Shown here in pieces: positions 20,291 to 29,335 of a stretch of DNA of 41,847 bases. Within the stretch, counting starts at the first letter, position 1, and each line of letters opens with the position of its first letter. Made by a program: the position numbers and the translations under genes. This stretch comes from Nitrospirota bacterium (GTDB lineage Bacteria; Nitrospirota; 9FT-COMBO-42-15; HDB-SIOI813), in contig JACRHF010000025.1 of assembly GCA_016217665.1 (NCBI GenBank), positions 1-41,847 on the forward strand, in the 5' to 3' direction. The notes below the pieces were generated by a model. The model saw only the letters and a list, made by a program, of their open reading frames with translations, was not told where the DNA came from and made no database searches.

Positions 20291-21035
20291 TCTTCCGGTT
20301 TTTCTCATTCTGATGGTGTTTCTGATCGCGGCCCTCTATTCCTCCGTAGGGCATGGTGGGGCGTCCGGTTATCTGGCCGTCCTGGTGCTCGCCGGATTCG
20401 CCCGGTCAGAGATCACTCCCGTCGTGTTGGTCCTCAATATCATAGTTGCGGCCACGGGATGGCTCCAGTATTCCCGTGCCGGCCATTTCGCTCCGCGATT
20501 GCTCCTGCCGTTCGTCATGACCTCTATCCCGGGCTCCTTCATCGGGGGGATGATCTCCGTGAATGAGACGGTTTGCGCCGTCATCCTGGGCGTCGCCCTC
20601 CTGGCAGCGGCCTTCCGCTTCCTGCTCCTCCCTTATCCGGCGTCCGTCCGGACCTCGCTGGCGACGGGACCGCTGTGGGGCCTCGCTCTGCCGGTCGGCC
20701 TGTCGCTTGGAATCCTCGCCGGGATGGCGGGCATCGGCGGCGGAGTCTTCTTGAGCCCCCTCCTTCTCCTGGTGGGGTGGGCCGACGCCAAAAAGACCGC
20801 AGCGGTCTCGGCGGCCTTCATTGTCCTCAATTCCGCAAGCAGTCTGCTGGCCCATTTTATCAAGGGAACCCCCTTCCATGAAAATCTATGGATCCCCATG
20901 GGGATCGCTGTTCTACTGGGAGGGAGATGGGGTTCCCACATGGGGGCCAACCGAATTCCGGCCCTCCGGCTCCAGCAGATTCTAGGTTCCGTCCTCCTGC
21001 TAGCCGCGATTAAACTCCTCTTTTCTTTTCAGTAA
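20280..21035 (+). CDS. TSUP (TauE/SafE) family membrane transporter
   Basis: SSVGHGGASGY, GIGGGVFLSP, multiple TM helices. Confidence 0.9.
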   Translation: MEYDLPVFLILMVFLIAALYSSVGHGGASGYLAVLVLAGFARSEITPVVLVLNIIVAATGWLQYSRAGHFAPRLLLPFVMTSIPGSFIGGMISVNETVCAVILGVALLAAAFRFLLLPYPASVRTSLATGPLWGLALPVGLSLGILAGMAGIGGGVFLSPLLLLVGWADAKKTAAVSAAFIVLNSASSLLAHFIKGTPFHENLWIPMGIAVLLGGRWGSHMGANRIPALRLQQILGSVLLLAAIKLLFSFQ

Positions 21036-21137
21036 TCATAACCGGGGCGATGCGTTTCTCTGACCTGGACGGGCCGGACACGCCGGGACCCGACCGGGCG
21101 GAACGAAACCCAGCCGACTTGCGTGCCGCGACGTATC

Positions 21138-21275
21138 AAGCACCTTCCATGTTGCCTTCAAATCTTCCTCATTGTATTTTATGATCTCACCGATCAACTC
21201 CCGCCTTTTTGTCTTCTCTTCAGTCTCGACCGCCTCGATATGTTTGGCCATGGACCAATCTCCCCCTACTCATCC
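21138..21275 (-). pseudogene. Fragment of a TM0106-family nuclease C-terminus (right copy)
   Basis: GGDWSMAKHIEAVETEEKTKRRELIGEIIKYNEEDLKATWKVL (YNxxD motif). Confidence 0.6.
21216..21275 (+). repeat. Right direct repeat (60 bp) of the nif island
   Basis: Near-identical to 4755..4815. Confidence 0.95.
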
Positions 21276-21536
21276 GCAAAAGGGGTGGGTAAACCATGGT
21301 CTGACTACGATATCTTAATCGTACTGAATAAGCGGGACAATAAAATTATTGATGAGATTTATGAGATTGTCACAGAATTCCAGTTGGAGCAGAGGGTTGA
21401 CATTTCGTTAAAGATATACAGGAAGGATGATTTTGAGATGAAGAATGCACTGCATACTCCATTCATGGAGCGTATTAAAAAAACAGGAGTCGTTCTTTGG
21501 ACCCGGTCAGAGCAGAACTTATCAAAGGCCAGATAA
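21276..21536 (+). pseudogene. 5'-truncated minimal nucleotidyltransferase (MNT antitoxin)
   Basis: AKGVGKPWSDYDILIV…F…IKKTGVVL; the N-terminus up to the GS motif is replaced by the direct repeat. Confidence 0.75.
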
Positions 21537-21653
21537 AGAAGGCAGAAGAAAAATTGGCCGCGGCCAAATCTCTGCGTGAGGATGGCTTCCAGGACGACGC
21601 TATATCAAGGGCCTATTATGTCATGTTTCATGCCGGAAGTGCGGCACTCCTTT
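21497..21653 (+). pseudogene. 3'-truncated HEPN-domain protein
   Basis: KAEEKLAAAKSL…DDAISRAYYVMFHAGSAALL, then the frame runs antisense into iscX. Confidence 0.75.
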
Positions 21654-21875
21654 TTACAGTGGAGAGTCACAGCCTGCCTTGTACTCTTCATACCAGGCCA
21701 TCTGGATGGCCTCTAAGATTCCTTCGTTGGACTTCTTCGGGTCATCTGAAAAGTCAGGGAGAGAAACAACCCATTCATGCAGGTCTGTAAACCGGACGGT
21801 GAGAGGATCCCTATCCGGGTATTTTTCATAGAGCTTTAGGGCGATATCCTCGGTGTCTTTCCAGGTCAGTTTCAT
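21654..21875 (-). CDS. iscX: Fe-S assembly protein IscX
   Basis: LTWKD…VRFTDL…FSDDP…EGILEAIQMAW. Confidence 0.95.
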   Translation of the reverse strand: MKLTWKDTEDIALKLYEKYPDRDPLTVRFTDLHEWVVSLPDFSDDPKKSNEGILEAIQMAWYEEYKAGCDSPL

Positions 21876-21882
21876 TGCGGCA

Positions 21883-22224
21883 TCACTTCTTCGGGATCTC
21901 TACGATGACATCCCCATAGACATGGGTCTGACAGCCAAGGCGGGATGTCAGTGTTAAGCCTTTTGCCTTATCGAGCATGTCATCCTCTTCATCTTCCATT
22001 TCAGAGAGGTTCTCCATCCCCCCTTTGACGATGATGTGACAGGTGGTGCATGCACAATTGCCGCCGCAGTTATGTTCCAGGGGAATGTCATGCCTCAGGG
22101 CGATCTCAAGGACAGACTCCCCCTTCTCACCTTCAACAGTCACATCCAGCGGCTGGAAGGTGACCTTTACCCTTTTTTCCGTTGCTGTTTCAGCCCCATG
22201 ATAGTCACTTAACTTCGTTTCCAT
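21883..22224 (-). CDS. fdx: ISC-type [2Fe-2S] ferredoxin
   Basis: HNCGGNCACTTCH…SRLGCQ. Confidence 0.95.
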   Translation of the reverse strand: METKLSDYHGAETATEKRVKVTFQPLDVTVEGEKGESVLEIALRHDIPLEHNCGGNCACTTCHIIVKGGMENLSEMEDEEDDMLDKAKGLTLTSRLGCQTHVYGDVIVEIPKK

Positions 22225-22244
22225 GTCTCATGCCTATCGAATCC

Positions 22245-22598
22245 TTATGTAGTAAAAGACGACCCGCAGCCACAGCTTCCCTTGGCCAGGGGATTGATAA
22301 ATTTAAAGCCTCCGCCTGTAAGACCGCTGGTGTAATCGATCGTCGTACCGGAGAGATACAAGGCGCTCTTCACATCGATGATCACCTTGATCCCATCCGT
22401 CTCATAGGTCTGGTCATCAGATTTGACCTCATTGTCAAAATTCATGGTGTAGGTGAATCCGGCACAACCTCCGCCTGTGACGCCGATCCGGAGCCCGGCC
22501 CCCTCGATCTTGTTATCAGCCATAATCCGCTTGACAGCCTTTACGGCCTCTTCAGTCAAAGTGACCGGATGGCTTGTAGTCGTAGTAGTCGTTTCCAT
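22245..22598 (-). CDS. iscA: A-type Fe-S carrier
   Basis: GGGCAGF…CGCGSSF. Confidence 0.95.
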   Translation of the reverse strand: METTTTTTSHPVTLTEEAVKAVKRIMADNKIEGAGLRIGVTGGGCAGFTYTMNFDNEVKSDDQTYETDGIKVIIDVKSALYLSGTTIDYTSGLTGGGFKFINPLAKGSCGCGSSFTT

Positions 22599-22617
22599 AT
22601 TTTCCCCTCCTTACTGA

Positions 22618-23004
22618 TTACTCGTTTCCATTATGACTCCTCTTATAATCATCGATGGCGGCCTTGATCGCATCTTCAGCTAATACCGAGCAGTGGATCT
22701 TGACAGGCGGCAGGTGCAGGGTCTCCACGATCTCTGTATTTTTGATCGTCATGGCCTCATCCAAGGTCTTCCCCTTAACCCACTCGGTCGCTAAGCTGGA
22801 GCTTGCTATGGCGCTGCCGCATCCGAAGGTCTTAAACTTCGCATCGACGATAACCCCGTTATCAATCTTTAACTGGAGCTTCATCACATCCCCGCATTCC
22901 GGGGCCCCGACAATGCCTGTTCCCACATCCTTCGAATCCTTCTCAAAACTCCCGACATTCCGCGGATTGTTGTAGTGGTCGACGACTTCATCACTGTATG
23001 ACAT
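22618..23004 (-). CDS. iscU: Fe-S scaffold
   Basis: GAPECGD, FGCGSAIASSS, LPPVKIHCS. Confidence 0.97.
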   Translation of the reverse strand: MSYSDEVVDHYNNPRNVGSFEKDSKDVGTGIVGAPECGDVMKLQLKIDNGVIVDAKFKTFGCGSAIASSSLATEWVKGKTLDEAMTIKNTEIVETLHLPPVKIHCSVLAEDAIKAAIDDYKRSHNGNE

Positions 23005-23020
23005 ATTTAAACACCTCCCT

Positions 23021-24238
23021 TTAGTCCTTTCTCCACTTGACCTGTTTCAGGTCAACACCTGCCTTGACCATCTCATAGAGGGGAGACATCTCCCTTAGCC
23101 GGTTGACAGTCTCTATCACCCTGCCGATCACATAGTCTACCTCTTTCTCTGTATTGAACCTTCCAAGGCCAAATCTTACCGACGAGTGCGCAAGCTCTAT
23201 GCCGATCCCAAGGGCCTGTAATACATAAGAGGGCTCCAGCGTTGCTGAGGTGCAGGCCGAACCCGATGAGAGCGCTACTTCCCTGAGCCCCATCAGCATG
23301 GATTCCCCTTCCACATAGGCAAAGCTGAGGTTCAGATTACCCGGCATCCTCTTCGCTGGATGCCCGTTAAGATAGACCTCTTCCAGAGCCCCCATGAGCC
23401 CGCTGCGCAGCCTTTCCCTGAGGCGCAAGAGCCGGGCGGCCTCCTCATCCATTACCTCCATGGCAATCTCACAGGCCTTTCCAAATCCGACAATACCCGG
23501 GACATTGAGTGTCCCGGAACGCATCCCTCGTTCATGTCCGCCACCATCCATCATCGGGGCAAGCCGGACGCGGGGATTCTTACGCCTTACATAAAGGGCC
23601 CCTATCCCCTTTGGCCCATAGAGCTTGTGCGCTGTAAAAGACAAAAGATCAATCCCCATCGCCTGGACATCCACCTTCACCTTTCCAACACCCTGGGTGG
23701 CATCACAGTGAAATAGGACACCCCTTTCTTTGGCGATCTTTCCAATCTCCTCAACAGGCTGTATGACCCCTATCTCATTATTGACCAGCATGATGGAGAT
23801 CAGGATCGTCCTGTCCGTAATCGCCTTCCTGACCTCCTCAGGGTCCACAAGGCCCTCCCGGTCCACAGGGAGATAGGTCACCCTGATCCCTGACTTCTCA
23901 AGCCGTTTCGCCGTATCCAGTACAGAGCGGTGTTCTGTCACCTGGGTGATGATGTGATCCCCCTTCTCTGCGTACATCTCTGCCACCCCTTTAAGGGCGA
24001 GGTTATTGGACTCTGTAGCCCCGCTTGTAAAGATGATCTCCTTAGGGTCCGCATGGATAATCTTCGCAAGCCTCTCCCGCCCAACCTCTACCGCCTTGTC
24101 CGCGTCCCAGCCGAAACTGTGGTTGCGGCTCGCCGCATTCCCGAAGTGAACGGTAAAATAGGGGATCATCTCCTCCACCACCCCCGGGTCAACCCTGGTG
24201 GTAGAATGATTGTCCATGTAGATAGGCAGATTCATCAT
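23021..24238 (-). CDS. iscS: Cysteine desulfurase
   Basis: [33 protein letters not shown]. Confidence 0.97.
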   Translation of the reverse strand: MMNLPIYMDNHSTTRVDPGVVEEMIPYFTVHFGNAASRNHSFGWDADKAVEVGRERLAKIIHADPKEIIFTSGATESNNLALKGVAEMYAEKGDHIITQVTEHRSVLDTAKRLEKSGIRVTYLPVDREGLVDPEEVRKAITDRTILISIMLVNNEIGVIQPVEEIGKIAKERGVLFHCDATQGVGKVKVDVQAMGIDLLSFTAHKLYGPKGIGALYVRRKNPRVRLAPMMDGGGHERGMRSGTLNVPGIVGFGKACEIAMEVMDEEAARLLRLRERLRSGLMGALEEVYLNGHPAKRMPGNLNLSFAYVEGESMLMGLREVALSSGSACTSATLEPSYVLQALGIGIELAHSSVRFGLGRFNTEKEVDYVIGRVIETVNRLREMSPLYEMVKAGVDLKQVKWRKD

Positions 24239-24253
24239 TTCCTCCTTTTTTGC

Positions 24254-24278
24254 GGGGACAGATTTTAAATCTGTCCCC
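24254..24278. repeat. GGGGACAGAT-family palindrome
   Basis: GGGGACAGATTTTAAATCTGTCCCC. Confidence 0.8.
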
Positions 24279-24703
24279 TAAATCTCACTTGGTTCAAAAG
24301 ATTCTGTCAACTCTGCAAGGGTGGTCTTGTTTAACAGCTCTAAAATCCTGTACTCCAACTTCTGCATCGGTGTCCTGATATTGCACTTCTCAAACTGACA
24401 GCACTTGACACGGGCCTCCTCAGAACAGTCAAGGATGTTCAGATCCCCATTCAGGGTCTCTATTATCTTGGCTACCGTAATCGCAGAGGGGTTCAGACTG
24501 AGGGAGTACCCCCCTTTGGGACCACTCACACTGGTAATAATCCCCCCTTTGACCATCCGCTGAAGTATCTTGGCCAGGAGTTCTAAAGGGATATCGTAGG
24601 CCTCTGCGATCTCTTTGGTATTGACCACCTTTTCATTGTAATTCGAAGCGATATAGGCTATGGCCATCAATCCGTAATCCACCTTTTTTGTTAACTTCAG
24701 CAT
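24278..24703 (-). CDS. iscR: Rrf2-family regulator (IscR-like)
   Basis: KKVDYGL, GPKGGY, Cys cluster CSEEARVKCCQFEKC; heads the isc operon. Confidence 0.85.
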   Translation of the reverse strand: MLKLTKKVDYGLMAIAYIASNYNEKVVNTKEIAEAYDIPLELLAKILQRMVKGGIITSVSGPKGGYSLSLNPSAITVAKIIETLNGDLNILDCSEEARVKCCQFEKCNIRTPMQKLEYRILELLNKTTLAELTESFEPSEI

Positions 24704-24749
24704 ATCAATGCGCCCTCTTTATCCCTGAATCTATGTCCGACCATTATGG

Positions 24750-24772
24750 TATCCGACCCGATTAGTCGGATA
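24750..24772. promoter_or_regulatory. Probable IscR/Rrf2 autoregulatory operator
   Basis: TATCCGAC-N7-GTCGGATA resembles the IscR type 1 site; an extra half-site TCCGAC lies at 24736..24741. Confidence 0.75.
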
Positions 24773-24774
24773 TA

Positions 24775-24803
24775 ACTATAACAAGTTATAAAACGCGTGT
24801 CAA
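24775..24803 (-). promoter_or_regulatory. Sigma70 promoter of the isc operon
   Basis: Minus strand TTGACA-17 nt-TATAGT. Confidence 0.8.
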
Positions 24804-24829
24804 GCCCTTTTTGAAGGCATGTCGCAACC

Positions 24830-25013
24830 CCTCGGTGGAGGGGGGGCCGTTTTCCCTTCGCTCCTGGCCTTCGCAGTTGACCTATCTAAGACTCGCAGGC
24901 GGGGAAGCCTTCCAGCCTCTAACGGGCTGGCTTTCCTCCGCCTGCTCGCTTTGATAGGTGCCCAACTGCTCTCGGCAAGTCGCTCAGGGAAAACGGCCCC
25001 CCCTCCACCGAGG
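24830..25013. repeat. 184-bp MITE-like element with perfect 28-bp terminal inverted repeats
   Basis: CCTCGGTGGAGGGGGGGCCGTTTTCCCT … AGGGAAAACGGCCCCCCCTCCACCGAGG. Confidence 0.8.
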
Positions 25014-25120
25014 CATCATGGCACCTCTTACTCTGTTGTTATTCTCTTAAACAAGTGGTATCATTCTGCAAAATTTAGCTACAAAATTTGGCTGCAAAAT
25101 TTCCGGGATGGGTCAACTCA

Positions 25121-26215
25121 ATGCCTGAACTAAACAGAGAAAGGCTGGAAGGATATCTTTCCTCCATCTATAAGACACAGGTACGTATAGGCTCCATCAG
25201 TGAGATCGGTAAAGAAGGGGTCAGTGGTCTTAAGGGCTTTGGATATGGGATACCCTATGTCATATCCTTTTCCGTAGACAGTGAGGTTAAGAGGGTGGTG
25301 CTGGAGACCATGTCACCCAATAGCTTCGGCCATGACCACTTCTCAGACAGGGCACAGGGCCTTCTGTGGGACCACTCTGCCTTTAACAGACTGCCACGAC
25401 ATGTACGGTCTATAGATGCAGGGGCCTTTACCCAGGATGGACAGATTATCTCTGTCGGTGAGGCAGAGGAGTTCTTCATCCTGACAGAGTTTGCAGAAGG
25501 GGCCGGATATGATCAGGACTTAAAGAGGATAGCCTCGACCGGAAAGATGGGGTCCATGGATGAGGACCGGGCAAAGACCCTTGCAGGATACCTCGTCTCT
25601 ATCCATCGCGTCAAAATGGATGCCCCTCATCTTTATACCCGGAGGATCAGGGACCTCATCGGACATGGGGAATGCATCATGGGGCTTATAGACAACTACC
25701 CGCCGGGACATTCTTTCATCACATCAAACCTGCTGCAGAGGATCGAAAAGGGGTGTGTCGCCTGGCGATGGAAGATCAAGGGCCTCGGACACCGCCTGTG
25801 TCAGGTGCATGGCGACTTTCATCCATGGAATATCCTCTTCCGGGAGGGGACAGACTATACGGTGTTAGACCGGGCAAGAGGGGAGTGGGGTGAGCCCGCA
25901 GATGATGTGGGGACAATGGTCATCAACTACATCTTCTTCTCATTACAGCGGTATGGCCGGCTGGAAGGGGACTTTGAGAGGCTCTATTCCACTTTCTGGA
26001 AAACGTATATGGACGCTGCAGGGGATGTCGAAATGCTCAAAGTAATACAGCCATTCCTGGCCTGGAGGGGACTGGTCATAGCTAATCCATTATGGTATCC
26101 TGCGCTCTCCCCTGAGGTCAGAAAGGGATTGTTTAATTTTATAGAAAATGTCCTTGCGAATGAGGAGTTCAGGCCGGAAAAGGCCAATGAATATCTGGAC
26201 ATTAATCCCCCCTAA
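25121..26215 (+). CDS. APH/choline-kinase-like phosphotransferase
   Basis: Brenner motif QVHGDFHPWNILF, then VLD…GEWGEPADD. Confidence 0.85.
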   Translation: MPELNRERLEGYLSSIYKTQVRIGSISEIGKEGVSGLKGFGYGIPYVISFSVDSEVKRVVLETMSPNSFGHDHFSDRAQGLLWDHSAFNRLPRHVRSIDAGAFTQDGQIISVGEAEEFFILTEFAEGAGYDQDLKRIASTGKMGSMDEDRAKTLAGYLVSIHRVKMDAPHLYTRRIRDLIGHGECIMGLIDNYPPGHSFITSNLLQRIEKGCVAWRWKIKGLGHRLCQVHGDFHPWNILFREGTDYTVLDRARGEWGEPADDVGTMVINYIFFSLQRYGRLEGDFERLYSTFWKTYMDAAGDVEMLKVIQPFLAWRGLVIANPLWYPALSPEVRKGLFNFIENVLANEEFRPEKANEYLDINPP

Positions 26216-26241
26216 CCCCCCTTTAATAAAGGGGGGGGATT
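26204..26241. repeat. CCCCCCT..CCCCCCTTT..AAAGGGGGG palindromic repeat (copy 1)
   Basis: Same family as 37651..37698. Confidence 0.75.
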
Positions 26242-26257
26242 TTTGAGAGGAGGTCCA

Positions 26258-26785
26258 ATGAGTGAAGGCTTTGCCATATGGATCACGGGGCTGCCAGCCT
26301 CAGGGAAGACTGCCCTGGCAGAGGTCATCATCCGAAGGCTCGATGAATGGTATGGGATGAAAGTGACCCACCTGGAATCCGATACCCTTCGGAAGATCCT
26401 GACCCCGGAACCGACCTACTCTCTCAAAGAGAGGGACTGGTTCTATGAGGTCATGACATTTATGGGGCAAATGCTGACAACCAACGGGATTAGTGTTATA
26501 TTGGATGCTACTGCAAACAGGAAAAGACACCGGAATAAAGCCCGGACCTCCATCACCAAATTCATGGAGGTCTATGTCAAATGCCCCCTGCAGAGCTGTA
26601 TGGCAAGGGACCCCAAGGGGATCTATCAGATGGCGCAGATGGGAAAGGCCGCCACGGTCCCGGGGATACAGGATGTGTATGAGGAGCCGGAGGCGCCGGA
26701 GATCATCATAGAGTCCGACAGGGTCTCGCCGGAGGAGGGGGCCGAACATGTCCTCGCAGGGCTGAAGGAAAAAGGATGGGTATAG
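26258..26785 (+). CDS. Adenylyl-sulfate kinase (CysC)-like P-loop kinase
   Basis: WITGLPASGKT, EVYVKCPL, RDPKGIY, PGIQDVYEEP. Confidence 0.85.
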   Translation: MSEGFAIWITGLPASGKTALAEVIIRRLDEWYGMKVTHLESDTLRKILTPEPTYSLKERDWFYEVMTFMGQMLTTNGISVILDATANRKRHRNKARTSITKFMEVYVKCPLQSCMARDPKGIYQMAQMGKAATVPGIQDVYEEPEAPEIIIESDRVSPEEGAEHVLAGLKEKGWV

Positions 26786-26800
26786 GGACACAGGTGAATA

Positions 26801-28018
26801 ATGGATATCTTTGTTGAACGATTGAGCGGCCTGTCTGTCGCCGAACGGAAGGTCGAGATCGTAGAAAGAAAAGGCATCGGGCATCCGGACTCCATTTGCG
26901 ATGCCATTATGGAAGAGGTGTCCTTAGCGCTCAGTCATGAGTATATGAACCGCTTCGGTGTCATCCTTCATCACAACATTGATAAGGGGCTCCTGGTCGC
27001 AGGAGGTGTAGAGCGGAGGTTCGGCGGCGGCAGGGTAACAGAACCGATGCGGCTCGTATTTGGTGACCGGGCTACTTTCAAAACAGATAACAAGACGATA
27101 CCGGTTAAAGATATCGTCATCACTACCGCAAAGCAGTGGCTTAAAGATAACCTGAGATTTATAGACCCGGATGTTCATGTGAAATATCAGGTGGAGATCA
27201 GGCCCGCATCGCAGGAACTCCAGGATATATTCTCGCGGGGCGGCGGCGTCCTTGGGGCCAATGACACCTCTGCGGCAGTCGGTTATGCCCCTCTGACTGA
27301 GACCGAGAGTGTGGTATTGGATACTGAGTTATATCTGAATTCAAAGGAATTTAAGGACCGGTTTCCTGAGACCGGCGAGGATATCAAGATTATGGGTTTC
27401 AGGAAAGAGCGCGATTTGACGCTGATTATCGCCATGCCGTTTATCGACAGATATATCGCAGATGAGTCCTCCTATTTTGCAAAAAAGGGGAGCGTCTATC
27501 AGGCCATAGGGGATTTTGTCCGCTCAAGATGTAAGGGTCTTAATAGGCTTAATAAGATCGATATCCGCCTTAATGCGCTGGACAGGGAGGGACGGGGTCT
27601 TGGGGGCATATATCTGAGTGTCCTCGGGACATCTGCAGAGGATGCAGACTCCGGCGAGGTAGGTCGGGGGAACAGGGTAAACGGGATTATCGCGTTGAAC
27701 CGGCCCTCGGCAGCCGAGGCGGCCGCCGGGAAGAATGCCGTAAGCCATGTGGGCAAGATCTATAACATACTGGCGCACAAGACAGCCCATACGATCTATG
27801 AGAGTATCGATGGGATAAAGGAGGTGTATGTCTGGCTTGCAAGCCAGATAGGAACACCGATTAACATGCCTGTCATCGCATCGGCACAGGTCTTACTGGA
27901 ACACCGGGCCTCATTTCCTTCGATCAGGAGGAAGATCGGGGAGATCATTAATAAAGAACTGTCAGAAATGGATATGTTTTGCAACGAACTGCTGCAAGGG
28001 AAATATCCTGTATGCTAA
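26801..28018 (+). CDS. mat: Archaeal-type S-adenosylmethionine synthetase
   Basis: EIVERKGIGHPDSICD, HHNIDK, ANDTS, GEDIKIMG, GRGNRVNG, GKNAVSHVGKIYN. Confidence 0.93.
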   Translation: MDIFVERLSGLSVAERKVEIVERKGIGHPDSICDAIMEEVSLALSHEYMNRFGVILHHNIDKGLLVAGGVERRFGGGRVTEPMRLVFGDRATFKTDNKTIPVKDIVITTAKQWLKDNLRFIDPDVHVKYQVEIRPASQELQDIFSRGGGVLGANDTSAAVGYAPLTETESVVLDTELYLNSKEFKDRFPETGEDIKIMGFRKERDLTLIIAMPFIDRYIADESSYFAKKGSVYQAIGDFVRSRCKGLNRLNKIDIRLNALDREGRGLGGIYLSVLGTSAEDADSGEVGRGNRVNGIIALNRPSAAEAAAGKNAVSHVGKIYNILAHKTAHTIYESIDGIKEVYVWLASQIGTPINMPVIASAQVLLEHRASFPSIRRKIGEIINKELSEMDMFCNELLQGKYPVC

Positions 28019-28044
28019 GGAGCAGTGAATAGTGAATAGAAAGG

Positions 28045-28121
28045 TGGAAAAGGGGACAGATTTATTTTTCCCCTTAACAGCTCGGCATTATAGGGGAAAA
28101 ATAAATCTGTCCCCTTTTCCA
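28045..28121. repeat. GGGGACAGAT-family inverted repeat with 30-bp perfect arms
   Basis: TGGAAAAGGGGACAGATTTATTTTTCCCCT … AGGGGAAAAATAAATCTGTCCCCTTTTCCA. Confidence 0.85.
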
Positions 28122-28158
28122 GTCAAACAGAGTTAACCCGTAAGGAGGTCGGTATCCT

Positions 28159-28587
28159 ATGGCGACAAAGAAAAAGAAAGAGGCGCTCCGGAAGATGCTG
28201 GTGGAAAAGAAACGGGAGGTTTGGGGTGATATCAAAGAAAGGCTTTTTGAACAGCTCGGCAAGGAATACAGGCGTGAGATAGAGACGGCCCTCGATGAAG
28301 GGGACAGGGCCCTGGCCAATCTTGCTGAGGAGACAGGCATTACCATAGTCAATCTCCGGAAAGACATGCTGGAGAAGATAGACCGTGCCTTAGAGAAGCT
28401 CGATCAAGGTACCTATGGCATCTGTGAGGACTGCGGGGGAGAGATCAGCGAACAGCGTCTGAAGGCAGTCCCCTTTGCCATCTATTGCATCGAATGCAAG
28501 CAGAAGAGGGAGGAGCTGGAACAGATAGAACAGGAACGGGAGCCCTTCGGCGCCCCGGCACCCCCTGAGGTGGGAGAGGAGATCTAA
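28159..28587 (+). CDS. dksA: DksA/TraR family C4 zinc-finger protein
   Basis: Coiled-coil tip DEGDRA (DxxDxA), GTYGICEDCG…RLKAVP…CIEC. Confidence 0.85.
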   Translation: MATKKKKEALRKMLVEKKREVWGDIKERLFEQLGKEYRREIETALDEGDRALANLAEETGITIVNLRKDMLEKIDRALEKLDQGTYGICEDCGGEISEQRLKAVPFAIYCIECKQKREELEQIEQEREPFGAPAPPEVGEEI

Positions 28588-28600
28588 CAAACGAAGTTCA

Positions 28601-29335
28601 CTACAAGTTTTTTAATTCATCAATACCAAATATATTGATCTTGTTCAGTTCCCGGCCGGGAAAGAAGCTCATGAGCTGACGCAGGATAACCTTCTTGGGG
28701 GCAAAACTGGCCAAAAAGACGTCAATCTTACCCTGAGAATGCTCACGGATATCCTCTAAGAATTGAAGCTGATGCTCCTTTTCTTTGAGGTAGAATTTCA
28801 CCTTGCATTCATAGCACTGCCCGCTCTCCTTCTCCGGGTCCCAGGCCCCGATATCTATCTTCTGTCCTTCTTCTCTGGTCCTGTCACGCCGGGTATTCCA
28901 GTCTTCGATCACAACATAGCAATCCCTTCGAACAATGCTCTTTAGTCTGTAGGCATACACCTCTTTGACCCGCTGAAACACATAAATCTCAGGGAACAGG
29001 CTTCTCCGTTTCCCAAGTATGGAGAGCCCCTCCTCTGTCTGCGAAAAACTGGAGTAGAGAGAAAAGAGGTGTTTGAAGAACTCGAGAAACGTGGGGTCGT
29101 TCTCGAGCATCTTCTTCTTGGCCCATATCTTTACCTTCTCAGGGAGGGTTTCAACACTGTCCAGATCTATGAGGTCTTTCTCTTTAAAACAGAAACATAT
29201 GATAGAGGCATAATTGTAGAAGTCTTCCCCCCTCTTGGAAAGGAGGATGGTATTTATGGCAGTAACATCTACATCTGATTCCAGCTCACGCAAGAACTTT
29301 TCACTTCGTTCGTCTACCGGAAAGTCTACTCGCAT
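28601..29335 (-). CDS. Hypothetical protein with a C-terminal PD-(D/E)XK nuclease-like motif
   Basis: FPEIYV…KIDIGAWD…CYECKV fits the E…D…ExK pattern. Confidence 0.6.
   Translation of the reverse strand: MRVDFPVDERSEKFLRELESDVDVTAINTILLSKRGEDFYNYASIICFCFKEKDLIDLDSVETLPEKVKIWAKKKMLENDPTFLEFFKHLFSLYSSFSQTEEGLSILGKRRSLFPEIYVFQRVKEVYAYRLKSIVRRDCYVVIEDWNTRRDRTREEGQKIDIGAWDPEKESGQCYECKVKFYLKEKEHQLQFLEDIREHSQGKIDVFLASFAPKKVILRQLMSFFPGRELNKINIFGIDELKNL

Noticed and set aside
21123-21790. ORFs 21123..21536 and 21497..21790 as intact genes
   Set aside because: Only parts resemble MNT and HEPN; the rest is repeat-derived or antisense to iscX.
24819-25133. 104-aa ORF across the inverted-repeat element
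   Set aside because: Its translation simply mirrors the palindrome; likely spurious.
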